Below the pieces are notes generated by a model that was given only the letters and a program-made list of their open reading frames with translations, ran no database searches and was not told the origin of the DNA. Below are positions 38,356 to 51,599 of a stretch of DNA of 63,827 nt, one piece after another. A program made the translations under genes and the position numbers. Source of the stretch: Ginglymostoma cirratum (lineage: Eukaryota); assembly GCA_024137785.1 (NCBI GenBank), contig JAHRHZ010000029.1:27803793-27867619 (forward strand), in the 5' to 3' direction. Numbering within the stretch: the first letter of the stretch is position 1; the number at the start of each line of letters is the position of its first letter.

Positions 38356-39689
38356 GAAATGGGTCATCACTCCTATTCTTCAGAATTATTGGAAAGGAAG
38401 ACAAAAATCACATCTCTCACCACAACAGCTGTCTTTTCTCCAATGACAGTCAGAGACAACTCATGGGAGATAACAGTTCAGTTTGTAGTGCATTTTCCCC
38501 TATTAACTCCATCCCTTCCACACTTCTTTCACTTGCAATGTTTCAGAAAGCTGTCACATTCTTTCAGACAACGCAGACGAGCTTGTCCAGAAGACAGCAA
38601 ACATTCTAATAGTTGAATAACACTCCATTAACCGTGGACGCTTTGTGCAGGGTCTACGGACACAAGCAGGCAAAAGGAGGACAAGTTGACTGTTAATGCC
38701 ACTTCACTTCATGATTAATATTCAATCAGGTGGCATCCTCTTCTGTTTATTTTGTGATGCTTGAAGTGGGGCTTAACTGACAAATTACTCAATTGTACTC
38801 AATGGATCACCATAACCCACACTGTCAGGAAATTACAATGTGAGTAAGACTGGATACATGCAACGTACTGACAGTGCTTAGTGTGTGTGCCAGGGAAATG
38901 GGAATAAATTAATAACGGCCAAAGATTTTTTTGTCACTTTTATTCCTGGCATGTGAGCAGCACAGTGATAGAGACCAGCATTGTTTGCCTCCTTTGCCGT
39001 TGAGTAGGTGGTGGAGAAGCAGGTAGCAGTGTCTTGTTCTGCCCGTTTCAGAGGACATATAAGAGTCAAGCAGATTGCTGAGGGTACGAAGTCTCACCGA
39101 GGTCAGTCCAGGTAAGGGTGGGATACTAACCGGCCTTTCCATTGATTTCCATTGTGATGTCACTGGGAGTTGCCAAGCAGAATGCTGTCAATCAGCCAAC
39201 CACGCGCCCAGTTAACTGCGAGATAATTCGATGGGTCCATTCTGTCAGCAGAAAGCTTCTTGTTGCAGTAACAGTGCTGGTTGTAGACTGGGTGTCCTTC
39301 ACACATTCTGACTATTTTATATTTTGATGGATGGTAAGTCACAGAAGGTGCTCCTCTCAATGCCTCATGTACCCTAAGCACTGATTAACCTGAACTTATA
39401 TTAACCACTCCGTCACTGCCACAGGATTAAATCCTGAACCTTCCTTCATAACAACCCTGTTAGCAATAAGAGCCTTCGATTTTGTCAACCATTGAGGGAC
39501 TGTGGAATATGGTCCTCAAATTCAGCTGCCCACAGAAATTCTTACCATTCTTTGCCTGCTTCACAATGACACCAAGCTGTGATCTTCACCAACGGATCTA
39601 CCACAGACCTAAAACAAGTGCAAACTGGAGAAAAGCAGGACTGCATCATCACATAAACAGTCTTCTCTATCTTGCTTGCTGCAACGCTG

Positions 39690-40795
39690 CACCCCATCTC
39701 CATGAAGCTCTCCATTAGAGTGGAGCTAACCTACAGAACGAGCAGGAAATTTTTCAACCTTTGACACCTCCAGGCTAGAATCAAGAGCCACTGCAGCTTC
39801 AGTCATTGAGCTGCGGTACACAGAAAACACCTACACATACGCACACTCGGAAGTCAAGCTACAAACCATCACTGATGCATTTACCAAGGTCTATGAGAAA
39901 ATGGGCCTCAGACTAAACATCTGGAAAAGGTTCTCTATCAACCCACTCCTGCCACACAACATTGCCTCCTGACCATCAAAGTCCACAGCGAACCCCTGGA
40001 GAACAACAATCATTTGTCATACCAGGAAGCCTCCTCTCGATGTGAACAAACATTAATGATGAATTTGACATTGACTTCAATGCAACAGTGCAGCCTTTGG
40101 ACACTTGAACAGAGTGTTCAAAGTTTGAAACCTCAAACCGAGCGCCAAGCTGCTGGTCTGCAGAGCAGCTGTGGCCACCACCTTCCCGTAAGCATAAGGA
40201 ACGTGGACCATGTACAGCAGACACCTCAAATCCCTGGAGAGTTATCACCAACACTGCCTTCACGTTATCCTGTAAATCCACTGGCAGGATAGGTGTACCA
40301 ATGTGATGGTCCTCTCCCAGCTAATGTTCCCAGTACTGAGGGACTGGTCACGTACAGCCAGCTGTGATGGGCGGGCTACATTGTCTGCATTGCCCAACAC
40401 AAGACTCCGTAAAGGAGTGTTTTGCAATGTTAAGTGACTACTTAGGAGGGCAGAGGAAATGCTACAAACATGCCCTGTCAGCCTCCCTAAACAAATATGG
40501 CATCCCCACCGAATTTTAGGAATCACTTTACTCTAGAATGCACAAACTGGAGAAGAAGCATCCACGAAGGCTCCAACCACTTTGAGCGTCCCTGAGTTTT
40601 TTACTTGGAGACCCAGTGGAAGCAGCAGAAACCACGCAGAATCCAGAGTATCCCACCTCAAACATCACCTGCCCCAACTGGGGCAAAGTCTGTAGCTCCC
40701 GGATTTGACAATTCAGCCACTGCAGAATTTGTCCCCCCGCCCGAGAGTGGAAGCAAGTCATTCTTGACCCTGAAAGACTGCCAAAGAAAATAATG
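39690..40795 (+). mobile_element. RTE-clade LINE 3' fragment (degenerate RT)
   Basis: Frameshifted motifs FNL.HLQARIK, ELRYT(ADD), YEKMGLRLNIWK, TWTMYSRHLKSLESYHQHCL..IL.IHWQDR, QL.WAG(H)IV, and a C-terminal CPNWGKVC Zn-finger relic typical of RTE elements. Confidence 0.75.
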
Positions 40796-41352
40796 AAAAG
40801 GAATTGGCATATGCACAGGCATTCTGTGTTAAAGCTGCAGTGGACGCCAACAAAGAATGCCTCAGCAAATCTTGTTGTGTTGCTAAAGAGGTGTGCATTC
40901 TGTTGCAGTATTTACTTAAGCAATAAATATCCACATGGGACTAAACAACAAACGGTTGGCCAAATGCTTTTCTTGAATTTTGTCCCTTTGATTTATGTTG
41001 ATTTATTGATGGAAATTTGCACACTTCCGTGTTCAGTTCTTAATGGTAGAGGGGATTGAATTCATCCAAATACCTTATCTTTGGCAAGCTGCAAAAAACC
41101 TCACCATAACAAGAGTGTCTTCCTCCATTACTGATCCCAGGGTATGAGCGGAAAACTACCTGCAAGCAACAATGGGCACTTGTTGAGTGACTTTGAGTAA
41201 TGCTGTGTTCTGGATCATGACCATTTTCATTTGAATGTAATTATTAAACATAGAACCCATGTTCTAATCAGCTGTTCCTCTGGATGATATACAATCCATC
41301 TAAGCAGTACTTTGATGGATGGATGCTTGTTTAACCAATTGCCCTGAATTAA

Positions 41353-41701
41353 AAAAAAAACCAAAGAACTGCAGATGCTGGAAATCAGAAACAAAAAACA
41401 GAAATTGCTGTAAAAACTCAGCAGGCCTGGCAGCATCTGTGGAGAGAAAGCAGAATTAACATTTTGGGTCCCCACACAGCAGGCCTTGTTATCACACGGA
41501 CTGCTACCACAAACTGTCAGCTGCTAATGGAGTCTATGAATGGATACTATTCATTCACCAGGGCTGACCTTTACTCATTCCTTTGTCCGCCTGACTGTTT
41601 TTCTCCCCTGTGCTCTATCGCTACTGTTTTACTTGTTTACTCTTCCCCCCATGCCCAACTCCTTACCCCACCTCACCTTCAGCATTTATACCAACCTGTT
41701 T
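41353..41701. mobile_element. Family-B pLTR (-) plus inverted PLE 3'UTR fragment, 14-bp TSD
   Basis: TTGCCCTGAATTAA at 41339-41352 and 41702-41715. Another pLTR fragment at about 41788-41882 has a CTGACGA...GAAA motif on the minus strand. Confidence 0.8.
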
Positions 41702-43337
41702 TTGCCCTGAATTAACTTCATTTTGTAGGTAACGAGACATGCTTGAAATTGTTTGACATTTTGATACCTCTGCCGAGTCAACTGGGTTAAAACAAGAATT
41801 ACTGGAAACACTCAGCAGGTCAAGTAGGGCCTGTGGAGAGAGGAAACAGCTAATATTTCAAATTGGTGACCTCTCGTCAGCTCACTGGGAAATTTGGGCA
41901 ATTATTGCCGAACATTTCAGCTGGAACCTGGGGTTGACTTGGTGTTCCTGATCTTTGACCATTGCAACTTTTATTCAAGTATAACATGGGATAACCCCAA
42001 AGCTTATATTTTGGATGGGTCTTGGACAGTGTACGTGACCTGCCTTCACTCCTGGAGGAGTCACAACATTTTTCTGCCTTTAAAGCTTCAGTTGTCTATT
42101 TTTGGTTGAGAGGGATGCTGGTACTTACTTTGGCAATGCACTGTTACATTCTCATTGTGGTTTGCCTTGTGCAGTTTACACAACATATCTGTTTCTAAAG
42201 TCCCAAAATCAGACTTTGAGCTCAATACCACATGCAGTGGATCCCGAATCGGAGTTGTCTGACACAGTAAGCCACATACCAGCACAAACTGGCAGTGGAC
42301 TTGTAAGTTAAATTCCTTCTTTACTCCCATTTTTGCCCTCCCATCTCAAAGAGTAGTGCAAACTGATACAAAACTACTTTTAAAAAGTATATCTCTGGAG
42401 CAGTCCAACAATATAAATTGAGCACGTGCCCTCAAACTCAATGGCTTGTATGAAAGCTAGATTCTGGGCTGTCTCTCAAGAGAAATAAGATATGAGACTC
42501 TGCTGGCTAATGTAATATAAAGCAGGATTTCATGTTGAGGCCATATTTCCACCGAGAAATGCAATTTAAAAAGAGGCAGCATGACTTTGCAAACCACAGC
42601 ATCACATCTAACACCTGCGACACTGGAGCTCTTAAATCAGAAACGTTTTGATCTGGTAGCTTTCTCACATACACATAGTGAGCACTCTCCTCTTATGTTA
42701 GGGGCATGTAGGCATGTCATTAAGACTCAGCTGCTGCTATAAACACTTGGCTGCTTTCATCTTACCATGCTGTTACGCATTGGCTATTGTGAATGCTGCT
42801 GGGAACTATTTTTATTCACAGTGTTTTACTGTCAGTTCCCAGTGCACATTTGTCACAGTTGTGCAATTGTACACCTCCAGTGTCTGCCTCTCCACAACCA
42901 AATTGAACTACTTCTGAGTCTTTATGGATTCTGACTCTTGGGCATTTGAGAGCAGTATATTAAAAGGTGACATCGACATTGCTTGAGTAAATATAAAAGC
43001 AGAGTGACCAATGCTGGAGGCCATCAAAACAAGACACAGTAGCAGCGCACGGGGGGAGTGATGTCATCATGTACATGGTAATGTCATTGTGTTTGGAGGT
43101 GCAGTACTATTTCAGAGGCAGCTGCTTGGGTGTGGGAGTCTACAAAAGCAAACCTGTATCGTGGTCACCATTGTATTGAGACTGTTGGAGCGAGCAAAAG
43201 AGATAAGACTGGCTTCATGCTGATGCCTTCATAAGAATATATGCTGGAGATCACAGTATTGGTTATGAAGCTATCCAATATCAGACAGTGGGCAGCCCAT
43301 TCAAAAACTAGACTATCCAGTTCAAAATCAGACATCA

Positions 43338-43535
43338 TATGTGGAATGAACGTCCTGAGGAAGTAGTGGATGTGGTCACAGATACAGCGCTTAAAAGATA
43401 CTTAGATAAGTGCTTGAATAGGAAAGGTTTGGAGGGATATGGGCCAGTGGGACTAGTTTTGTTTGGGATTATGTTCAGCATCGACTGGTTGGACCGCAGG
43501 GTCTGTTTCCGTATTTATGATTCGATGACTCTGTG
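43338..43535 (+). mobile_element. CR1 3' end
   Basis: WNERPEEVVD...FKRYLDKCLNRKGLEGYG-like. Confidence 0.8.
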
Positions 43536-44528
43536 AGAAACCCCAAAATACAAGCACTTCAATGTTAAAATGTTTAGTTTCAGTTAAGGGGCCTTGTCTT
43601 TTTACATACAGTCTGAATCTCTGTCATCATGCTAGACTTCTCCTGCAGATTGCTCTGTTGGTGTAAAATGTACAGGACCAATTCCCCGTGATTACGTTAT
43701 GACAGGTGACAGTATCTATGGTTCTGTCAAGCTAAGAGAGCTGGACATATTCCAGGTTTCTGTGCAAGCCGGTTTGGAAGCATTCCCAGGTTACTCCTGG
43801 AAGTCTGACCAAAAGCCATGTCCGCTGACAGCAAACATGCCCCTCTTTGGTGTTGGACAGTTGTGTGAAATGTGTGTTTCCATTGTAGGTCTCAATCAAT
43901 TAACTTTGAACTCCAACCTCATTGCTTCCTGCAAAGAGATATTTCGTGTGCTTATGAGCGCTCTGACTTTTTGCATACTGAATTGTTGAACTTACCCATC
44001 CTAGACCATATTGCCCAAATGTTATAATGAGGACGGCAATGGTGTTGTAATAGTATGCAACAAGTAAGCCAGAACCTCAGGCAAATTTTTCTGGGGCCAT
44101 GAATTCAAATTTCACCATTGAATAAAAATATGAAATGAAAAGCTGGTCTAGTGGCAACCACATAACCACTGTCGATTGTCATAAAAACCTGTATGGTTCA
44201 CTAATGCTCTTTAGGGAAAGAAGTGTGCTGTCTTTACCCGGTGCCGTCTAATGTGACCCCAGGTATCCAAAAATGTGGTTGACTCTTAACTGCCCTCTGG
44301 ACAATAAGGGATGGGCAATAAATGCTTGCTTAACCAATGGCTTCCACATCCCATGGACAAAATGTTTTAAAAATTAAATAATTTGGGGATTTACCTTAAT
44401 TCAAAGAACCAACAATTTTAAATGTACTTTGCATGATGTATTTGAATGCATGTCAAATCTACGTCTAATGAAATGTTCACTCTCCCCATGCAGTCTTGAC
44501 AAGTATCGTTTTTCATTCTTCTTGTCAG

Positions 44529-44617
44529 GTGAGTTCAAATGAGAAACACGCAGAAAGCGTTAAAAGCAAAGGACACATTCTCATTGAAACCCTTCAAAGG
44601 CTGGCTCAAGCTGCCAG
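44529..44617 (+). CDS. ULK4: ULK4 penultimate coding exon (89 nt, phase 0 to phase 2)
   Basis: Polypyrimidine tract plus AG (tttttcattcttcttgtcag) ends at 44528; GT donor (gtgaga) at 44618. Translation VSSNEKHAESVKSKGHILIETLQRLAQAA-AG resembles the human ULK4 C-terminal segment ITSNEKHLESLKNAGSLLRALERLAPGSG (recalled). It splices in frame to 52284. Confidence 0.88.
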
Positions 44618-45604
44618 GTGAGAACTCTACAGCCTTAAAGGAATTTCCAAGCCTTTGAATATGTATCCATATATTTTATATATATATATCAGATATATAC
44701 CACAGACATATCGGGTTACAATGCTTTGCAACTGGCATAAGACTGCACTTGAATCAGCCTTTGAAAGCCTCCAGCTTCTTCCTGAGATTGACTTTGATCA
44801 ATTGTTAGTGTAAGCTGGAGCTAGGTTGCATGATGAAAGATTCCGAAAGTTGCTGCTTTCATTTACAGCCAGTTATGAGCTTAATGTCTGCTTCATTTGA
44901 GCTTAGCTTTTTACATCCCAAAAGGAATCGTAAGTTTTTCAAGTGCATGAAAATAACTTTCAAGCCACAAAGTATGTTCTTGGCATAATTATTCCTGACA
45001 AGCAGAAATCCAATGAATTTCCAGTTTCACTTCAAACAACTGCACAGAAGGAGGATAGGAAAACGTAAAATTGAATTAGACTAATGTCAACTCATCTGCT
45101 GTTTAATGGATGTTCCACAGCACTTGTTTTAATTTTAGATGAGAGCCTTCATTGGCAAATGTGTAGGTCTTCTCTGTCAATGGCCAAGGCAAATATGAAG
45201 ATATTAATCTCTAGAGATAAAACAAGCTTTTTGTGGATATTGTGATCTTCTATTGGATTAGGTGCTTCCTGTTCTTCCACCAGTTGCATACTGTTTGTGT
45301 CTGCATGATTGTGGTAGGGTCTTATTTTGCAACGCAAATCCTAGGACCCACTGTTCTGCAGCATTGTGGACAGAATACACAGTTGCTGTAGGATGTTTCT
45401 CCACCCTAAGAATCAGCCTCCTAAAGACCCCTAGTGACAAGAAAGATTTGAGATGTAATTGAAGAAGCATCTTTGTTGTCCTCTAAGTTGGTGGCATTGC
45501 TTCACCACAAAAAGCAGTTTTATATTTAACACTTGTTAATTTCAAACTGAGAAGACTGGTGCTCAGCAATTTTCACCGGTTATCTTTGGTTCTCTTATTC
45601 TAGC

Positions 45605-46050
45605 AGTAACACCAACAACTTATATTTATCAAGCATTATCAACCTAGTATAATGTTCTCTGGTTCTTCACAAGAAGTTTAGCAAACAGATTTTTGACACC
45701 AAGTCATATAAAGGGATATTGGGAGAAATGACTAAAAGCTTAGCTAACAATTTAGGATTTAAGGCACATCTTAAAAAGGAAGGAAAGAAAGACATAGTGT
45801 TTTAGGGTGGAAGTTCCAGAGCTTATCATGGCAGCTGAAAGCACATCTGCCAATGGTGGAACGATTGAAATAGTGGATTTTCAAGAGACCCAAATTGGAG
45901 ATGATGTAAGGATCACCAAGAGGTTGAGGATTGGAGGATGTTACAGAGATGGAGAGTTGTGAAACCATAGAGGGATTCGAGAAAAGATAATCAATGTAAA
46001 ATTGAATTGAAGCATTACCAGTTTTGGGGCCAATGTAGTTCAGTTAACAC
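45605..46050 (-). mobile_element. L2-like LINE 3' fragment
   Basis: caacaacttatatttatcaagc...ttccagagctt...cagctgaaagcac, similar to 22330-22660 (+). Confidence 0.55.
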
Positions 46051-46839
46051 TTAGCTCATGACTCTATGATTATGACTGTATAAAATGCTATAATTGAAAT
46101 TTGCTCAGACTAAGAGCATTGTAATTCATAGTCTGGTATCACAATGCATTTAGCTTCAATTTAGCTTCAATTATCCTACTACAACCACGTTTATTTCGGT
46201 TTTAGTAAGGTGTTTAACCAGGTCTTCCTATACTTCCTATACTTATCTGCACAAGAGATAAAATATTTCGAAACTTACACTTAAATACATTATTCAGTTG
46301 AAAATAGAGTGCAGAGGTGACACAGTGAAGGGACAACATATGGTTCCACAGGAAATGTAGAGAACAGATGAACCTTCTCTTTATTTTGAGGACTATTTTC
46401 ATGAGCTGTAGAGTGGAGTTATATCATGGAACCATTCAGTACAATGGTGGTTTCCATAGAGAAACCAAGCCATTCAGATTAATATGCCCCCTTTCATCTG
46501 CGATAGGATACCGTTCCACTTTACTCTCTGATACCTTGTCCAACCAGTTAGGAGTGTTACCAGCCATTGAACCATGGAGGAGATCACAAACTGTACCCAA
46601 TTCTGTTCCCCCAGTCAAGTGGACAGAACTTGAAATGGATAGAAACTCGTTCAGATGTATTTTCTCCCTTCCATCACAGTGTGTAGATTCATTTTTCATT
46701 TACTGCTCCTGATCCATTGATAAGTACATCTCTGCTTCCTTCAACAAACCTCAGAAAAGAATTGTTATTCTGCTGTACTGAACACTAATGACTTGTGATC
46801 ATATTTAGCCAATATTTCATAGTCATTGTCATGGGATGT

Positions 46840-47410
46840 GCAGGACATTGGCTAGGCCACTTTTGGAATACTGCGTGCAGTTCTTGTCTCCCTGCTATAG
46901 GAAGGATGTTGTGAAACTTGTAAGGGTTCAGAAAAGATTTACAAGGATGTTGCCGGGGTTCGAGGGTTTGAGCTATAGGGAGAGGCTGAATAGACTGGGG
47001 GTATTTTCCCTGAAGGGTCAGAGGCTGAGGGGTGACCTTATAGAGATTTATAAAATCGTGAGGGGCATGGATAGGGTAAATAGACAAGGACTTTTCCCCA
47101 GGATGGGGGAGTCCAAAACTAGAGGGCATAGGTTTAAGGTGAGAGGGGAAAGATTTAGAATGGACCTAATGGGCAACATTTTCACACAGAGGGTGGTGCG
47201 CGTATGGAATGAGCTGCCAAAGGAAGTGGAGGAGGCTGGTACAATTACAACATTTAAAAGGCACCTGGATGGGTATATGAATAGGAAGGTTTAGAGGGAT
47301 ATGGGCTAAATGCTGGCAAATGGGCCAAGATTAATTTAGGACTTCTGGTCAGCATGGACGAGTTGGACCGAAGGGTCTGTTTCCGCACCGCGCTGTTAAG
47401 CTCTATGACG
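46840..47410 (+). mobile_element. CR1-clade LINE 3' end, relatively young
   Basis: Open 152-aa ORF RPLLEYCVQFLSPCYRKDVVKL...FTQRVVRVWNELP...FKRHLD. Confidence 0.92.
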
Positions 47411-47864
47411 TTAAATGAAAACCCATGAGCCCAATTTGCCTGCTGGACATACTGTTTTTGAGTTCACTACTTGCAAGCAGCTCAGACACACAGCATTGCA
47501 ATCTCCATCTTGTATACAACACCTCACCTGGAATAGAGATTGAAATCCAAATTAGCACAATACCATCCAAATGAACCAACCAAGGAGTCCCGAATTGCTG
47601 TGACTACATACTCATCTGTATACATTTGTATGGAATTATCTAGTTGAGGCTTTAGTATCTTTCCATTTCATGATTGTATAGGAATTTTTCCTGTTCTTGC
47701 CACCTGCTATTAAATGTCTGTTGGAAGGATTTACAAGTTCATACTGAAGCTGATTTACAAGTTACAAAAATAAAAAAAAACTGCAAATGCTGGAAATCTG
47801 AAAGAAAGTAAGAAATTGCTAAAGAACCTTGCCAATTCTGGCAGTATCTGTGGAGAGAAATCAG

Positions 47865-47902
47865 AGTTAACGTTTCAGGTCCAGTGACCCTTCTTCAGAA
47901 CT
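47865..47902 (-). ncRNA. Minimal hammerhead ribozyme motif (family B), intact
   Basis: Reverse complement: AGTT CTGAAGA a GGGTC actg GACCT GAAAC GTT AACT. Stem I AGTT/AACT, stem II, palindromic AACGTT, GUU triplet. Confidence 0.7.
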
Positions 47903-47921
47903 GATGGCAGGTATGAAAAAG

Positions 47922-48115
47922 AGATAATAGGAACTGCATATGCTGGAGAATCCGAGATAACAAGGTGTAGAGCTGGATGAACACAGCAGGCCAAGCAGCA
48001 TCATAGGAGCAGGAAAGCCTAAGGGTCTAGGCCCGAAACGTCAAGCTTTCCTACTCCTATGATGCTGCTTGGCCTGTTGTGTTCATCCAGCTCAACACCT
48101 TGTTATCTCTTATAT
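47922..48115. mobile_element. Nested fold-back family-A mini-PLE, 14-bp TSD
   Basis: Inner TSD CAGGTATGAAAAAG at 47908-47921 and 48116-48129; arms about 47922-48018 (-) and 48021-48109 (+). Confidence 0.9.
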
Positions 48116-48594
48116 CAGGTATGAAAAAGTTGGTTTTTATGCAGAAGTTAGGATGGGAGGAGAGGGAGCAAGTGATTTTCAGAACAGCCTTCAGAACTGA
48201 AGAAGGGTCATTGGACCCAAAATGTTGACTCTGCTTTCCCTTCACAGATGCTGCCAGATCTCCTAAGGTTCTCCAGCAATTTCTATTTTTGTTTCTGATT
48301 TACAAGTTGATGCTCAAATTGTTTGATTCAGTTATGAAGGCCCCTTCCATAGCATTCAAGACCTGGAATAGACTCAAATCCTAGCTTCTGGATCAGAGGT
48401 AGGGATGCTACCACTGGGCAACTGCTGCTGTGGATATATAATATTATACAGTACAGTGTGAAGCTAGTGACTGCTCAGCCACTGTAAATACATGACTTAC
48501 CATGTTGTTTCTTTGCTCCAACATTATGTAGTGTCTCAGATAGTCCCTGAAGTACTTTAAGAGGTCTGACAGAGCCCAGAAAGGTTCCTTAAGA

Positions 48595-51010
48595 ACATAG
48601 GACTAAGAGTATGCCAATCAGCTGTTTGAGCTACTCCACCATTATGGATCTTTACATGGCGAACTACCTCAATACTACCTTACTGTACTATCGCCATATC
48701 CTTTGTTGTCATTTTTAACTAGAAATCTATCAATCTGTGTCTCAAATTTACTCTATGATTGAACTTCCACAGACTTCTGGGGTAGGGAATTTCAAAAATT
48801 CACCACCTTGAAACAAGCCCAGAAAACCCTGGATGTCTAGGAATTTTCTGGACAGGATAAGAAAGAAAATAAAGACTTATAGCAGGTGTGAAGGGAGCGA
48901 ATCAACGGAGGTCCTATTGGAGAATAAAAATTGCATGGGGCATCTTATGGAAGCAACTTAAGAACTTAAGGAATATAAGAAAGCAATTAGGAGAGAAAAT
49001 GCATGCATGAAGAAACACTGAAGGGTAAAATTAGGAAAAATCCCAAACAGGGGCAGGATTTATAAAATTAAAGAGGGCTATGCATAGTGTTGTAGAACCA
49101 AGACTTAGATGTTCACGTACATAATTCTTTGAAGTTTACATCACATATGGATTGAGTGGTTAAGAAGGCATTTAGCCCACTTGCTTTCATTGCTCAGACC
49201 TTTGAGTAAAGGAGTTGAGACGTAATGTTGAAGTTGTACAAGACATTGGTGAGGCCTCTTCTGGAGTACTGTGTACAATTCTGGTCACCCTGTTGTAGGA
49301 AATTATTAAGTTGGAGAGGGTTCAGAAGTGATTTGCCAGGATGTTGCCAGGAATGGAGGGTTCGAGTTATAAGGAGAGGCTGGATAGGCTGGGACATTTT
49401 TCACTGGACCGTAGGAGATTGAGGAGTGACCTTATAGAGGCTTATAAAATCATGACGGGTATAGATAAGGTGATTGGCAGGTGTCTTTTCCCCAGGCTGG
49501 GGAGCATATTTTTAAGGCAAGAGGAGAAAGATTCAATAAAGACACGAGGGGCAATTTTTTTCCACAGAATGGTTCTTGTGTGCAGTGAACTTTCAGAAGA
49601 AGTGGTGGATGCAGGTACAGTTACAACATATAAAAGACATTAAGAATAAGAAATGTTTGGAGGGATTTGGGCCAAGTGCACGTATGTGGGAGTAATTTAG
49701 TTTGGGATTATGGTTGGCATGGACTGGTTAGACCAAAGGGTCTGTTTCATGCTGTATGACTCCATGACTCTAGATTGTCTACGTATATTAAGGGGAAGAG
49801 GATAACCAGGGAAAGAATAGGGCCCATTAGCAGCCAAGGGAGGAATCTGTACATAGAGCTGGAGGACGTTGGCAGGGTGTTAAATGACTACTGCACTTCT
49901 GCCTTCACTCGGGAGAAGTGTAATATAATTACAGAATTTGGGAACACGGACTGTGAGGCTCTTCAGCACTTTGATATAGGGAGTGAGTAAGCACTGGAGG
50001 TTTTGGCACACTTAAAAAAGTGGACATGGCCCCTTGTCCACAGATCCCTGAAGTTGGCAGGAGAAATGAAATAGGATAGTTAAGAAGACATATGGAACAT
50101 TTGCCTTTAGCGGCCATGGCATGAATTATAAGAGCAGGTAAGTTATGTGGAAGTTGTACAAAGCTTTGGTTTGGCCACAGATGGATACTGTGTGCAGTTC
50201 TGGTCACTACACGATAGGAAGGATGTGATTGCACTGGAGAATGTGCAGAGGAGTTTCACCAGAATGTCACCTAGATTGGAGCATTTTAGTTACGCAAAGA
50301 GGCTGGATAGGCTTGGGTTGTTTTCTTTAGAGCAGATAAGGCTAAAGGGGCATCTGTATAAGATTATGAAGGGCACGGACAAGGTAAATAGGAAGCAGCT
50401 GTTCCCCTTATTTGAAGGGACAATAACAAGGGGGCACAATTTTAAAGTGAAGAGCAAGAGATTTACAGGGGATTTGAGGAAAATATTCTTCATCCAGCAG
50501 ATAGTGAGAATGTGGAAAACATTGCCTGGAAGGGTAGTTGAGGCAGAAAACCTCACACCTTTAAAAAGTATTTAGGTGAGCACTTGAAATATTATAACAT
50601 TCAAGTGCTGAAAAGTGAGATTAGTGTAGATAGGTGGGCCAAATGGCCTGATTTGTGCTGTATGACTGTGTGATTCTGAATGAAGAAATTCCTGTTCATC
50701 CCAGATCTAAATAGCTTGCCTTTCAATCTAAGACTGTGTCCCTGGTCCTAGCCACCCCCATCTAGTCTGGTAAACATCCACTGTACTCACTCTGTGGCAA
50801 GTATATTTGTTTTAGATAAAGAGACAGAGATTGCATGCAGTATACCAGGTACATCGCACCAACGTTCTATACTGTTAAAAGATGTATTTGCTCCTGTACT
50901 CAAAGCCTGTTGCAATAAAAGCCAGCATACCGTTCACCTTCCTGATTGCCTGCTGCAGTTGCATGTTAGTTTTCAGTGACTTATGAATTAGTGACTTTAT
51001 TTGTGCAGCA
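48595..51010. mobile_element. CR1 cluster: two + strand fragments (~48850-49772, ~49775-50678) inside an older - strand CR1
   Basis: LYKTLVRPLLEYCVQFWSP, YIKGKRITRERIGP and YCVQFWSLHDRKDV on +; LQQAIRKVNGMLAFIA on -. Confidence 0.85.
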
Positions 51011-51599
51011 TGCCTGTTTTGCCCTCTTGCACAGATCAGTGTAAAGTTACCTGTTTTAAAAATAAATGTTCCTGAAAGCAACTGCGTTACAAAGATGGAT
51101 AATTTACAATGGGATATAATGTATTTGTTTAATTGATTTAACTTTTCAGGTCTTATAAATTATTTTCATGATCCTTCTAGTGGCGCTAAATGCATTTCTC
51201 AGAATAGTAGTGAGCCAGGAAGATCCACAGTTGTGAGTTAGCTGTCAAAGTGCCACTAGTGGCCGGGAAATTGGTCAAAAAGGTCCTTTAGCATTCTAGA
51301 GAAAGCACAGAGGAAGTTCTTATTACCAGTGGATATACAACAGTCCTTACCAGAAAATTCCCCTCAGTGGATCATCAGGCAAGAACAAGTTGACATTGGT
51401 TGTGATTTACTCACAGTTGAATGGCCTATCAATATTCATTTGCTGGGCCTGCAAATGCCGAATGGTAAATGGACAGGTCCAGTGATGGATTTCAGCATCC
51501 ACAGTGTAAAAGATAGTAAGAGCTTGAAGAGAGGAACTAAGGAGATAGCACTTCAGAATTGATGTTTAAGTCTCAATCTTAATAGCTCATAAGAAAATA

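Larger units (their letters stand above)
47764..48294. mobile_element. Fold-back family-B mini-PLE containing a nested family-A fold-back element
   Basis: Outer TSD CTGATTTACAAGTT at 47750-47763 and 48295-48308. Confidence 0.9.

Noticed and set aside
1-44528. Search for the next upstream ULK4 exon (LPNEDPEI...QLYGGE...LLRILRRM-like)
   Set aside because: I could not find it by eye; it probably lies 5' of the window. A tBLASTn search would settle this.
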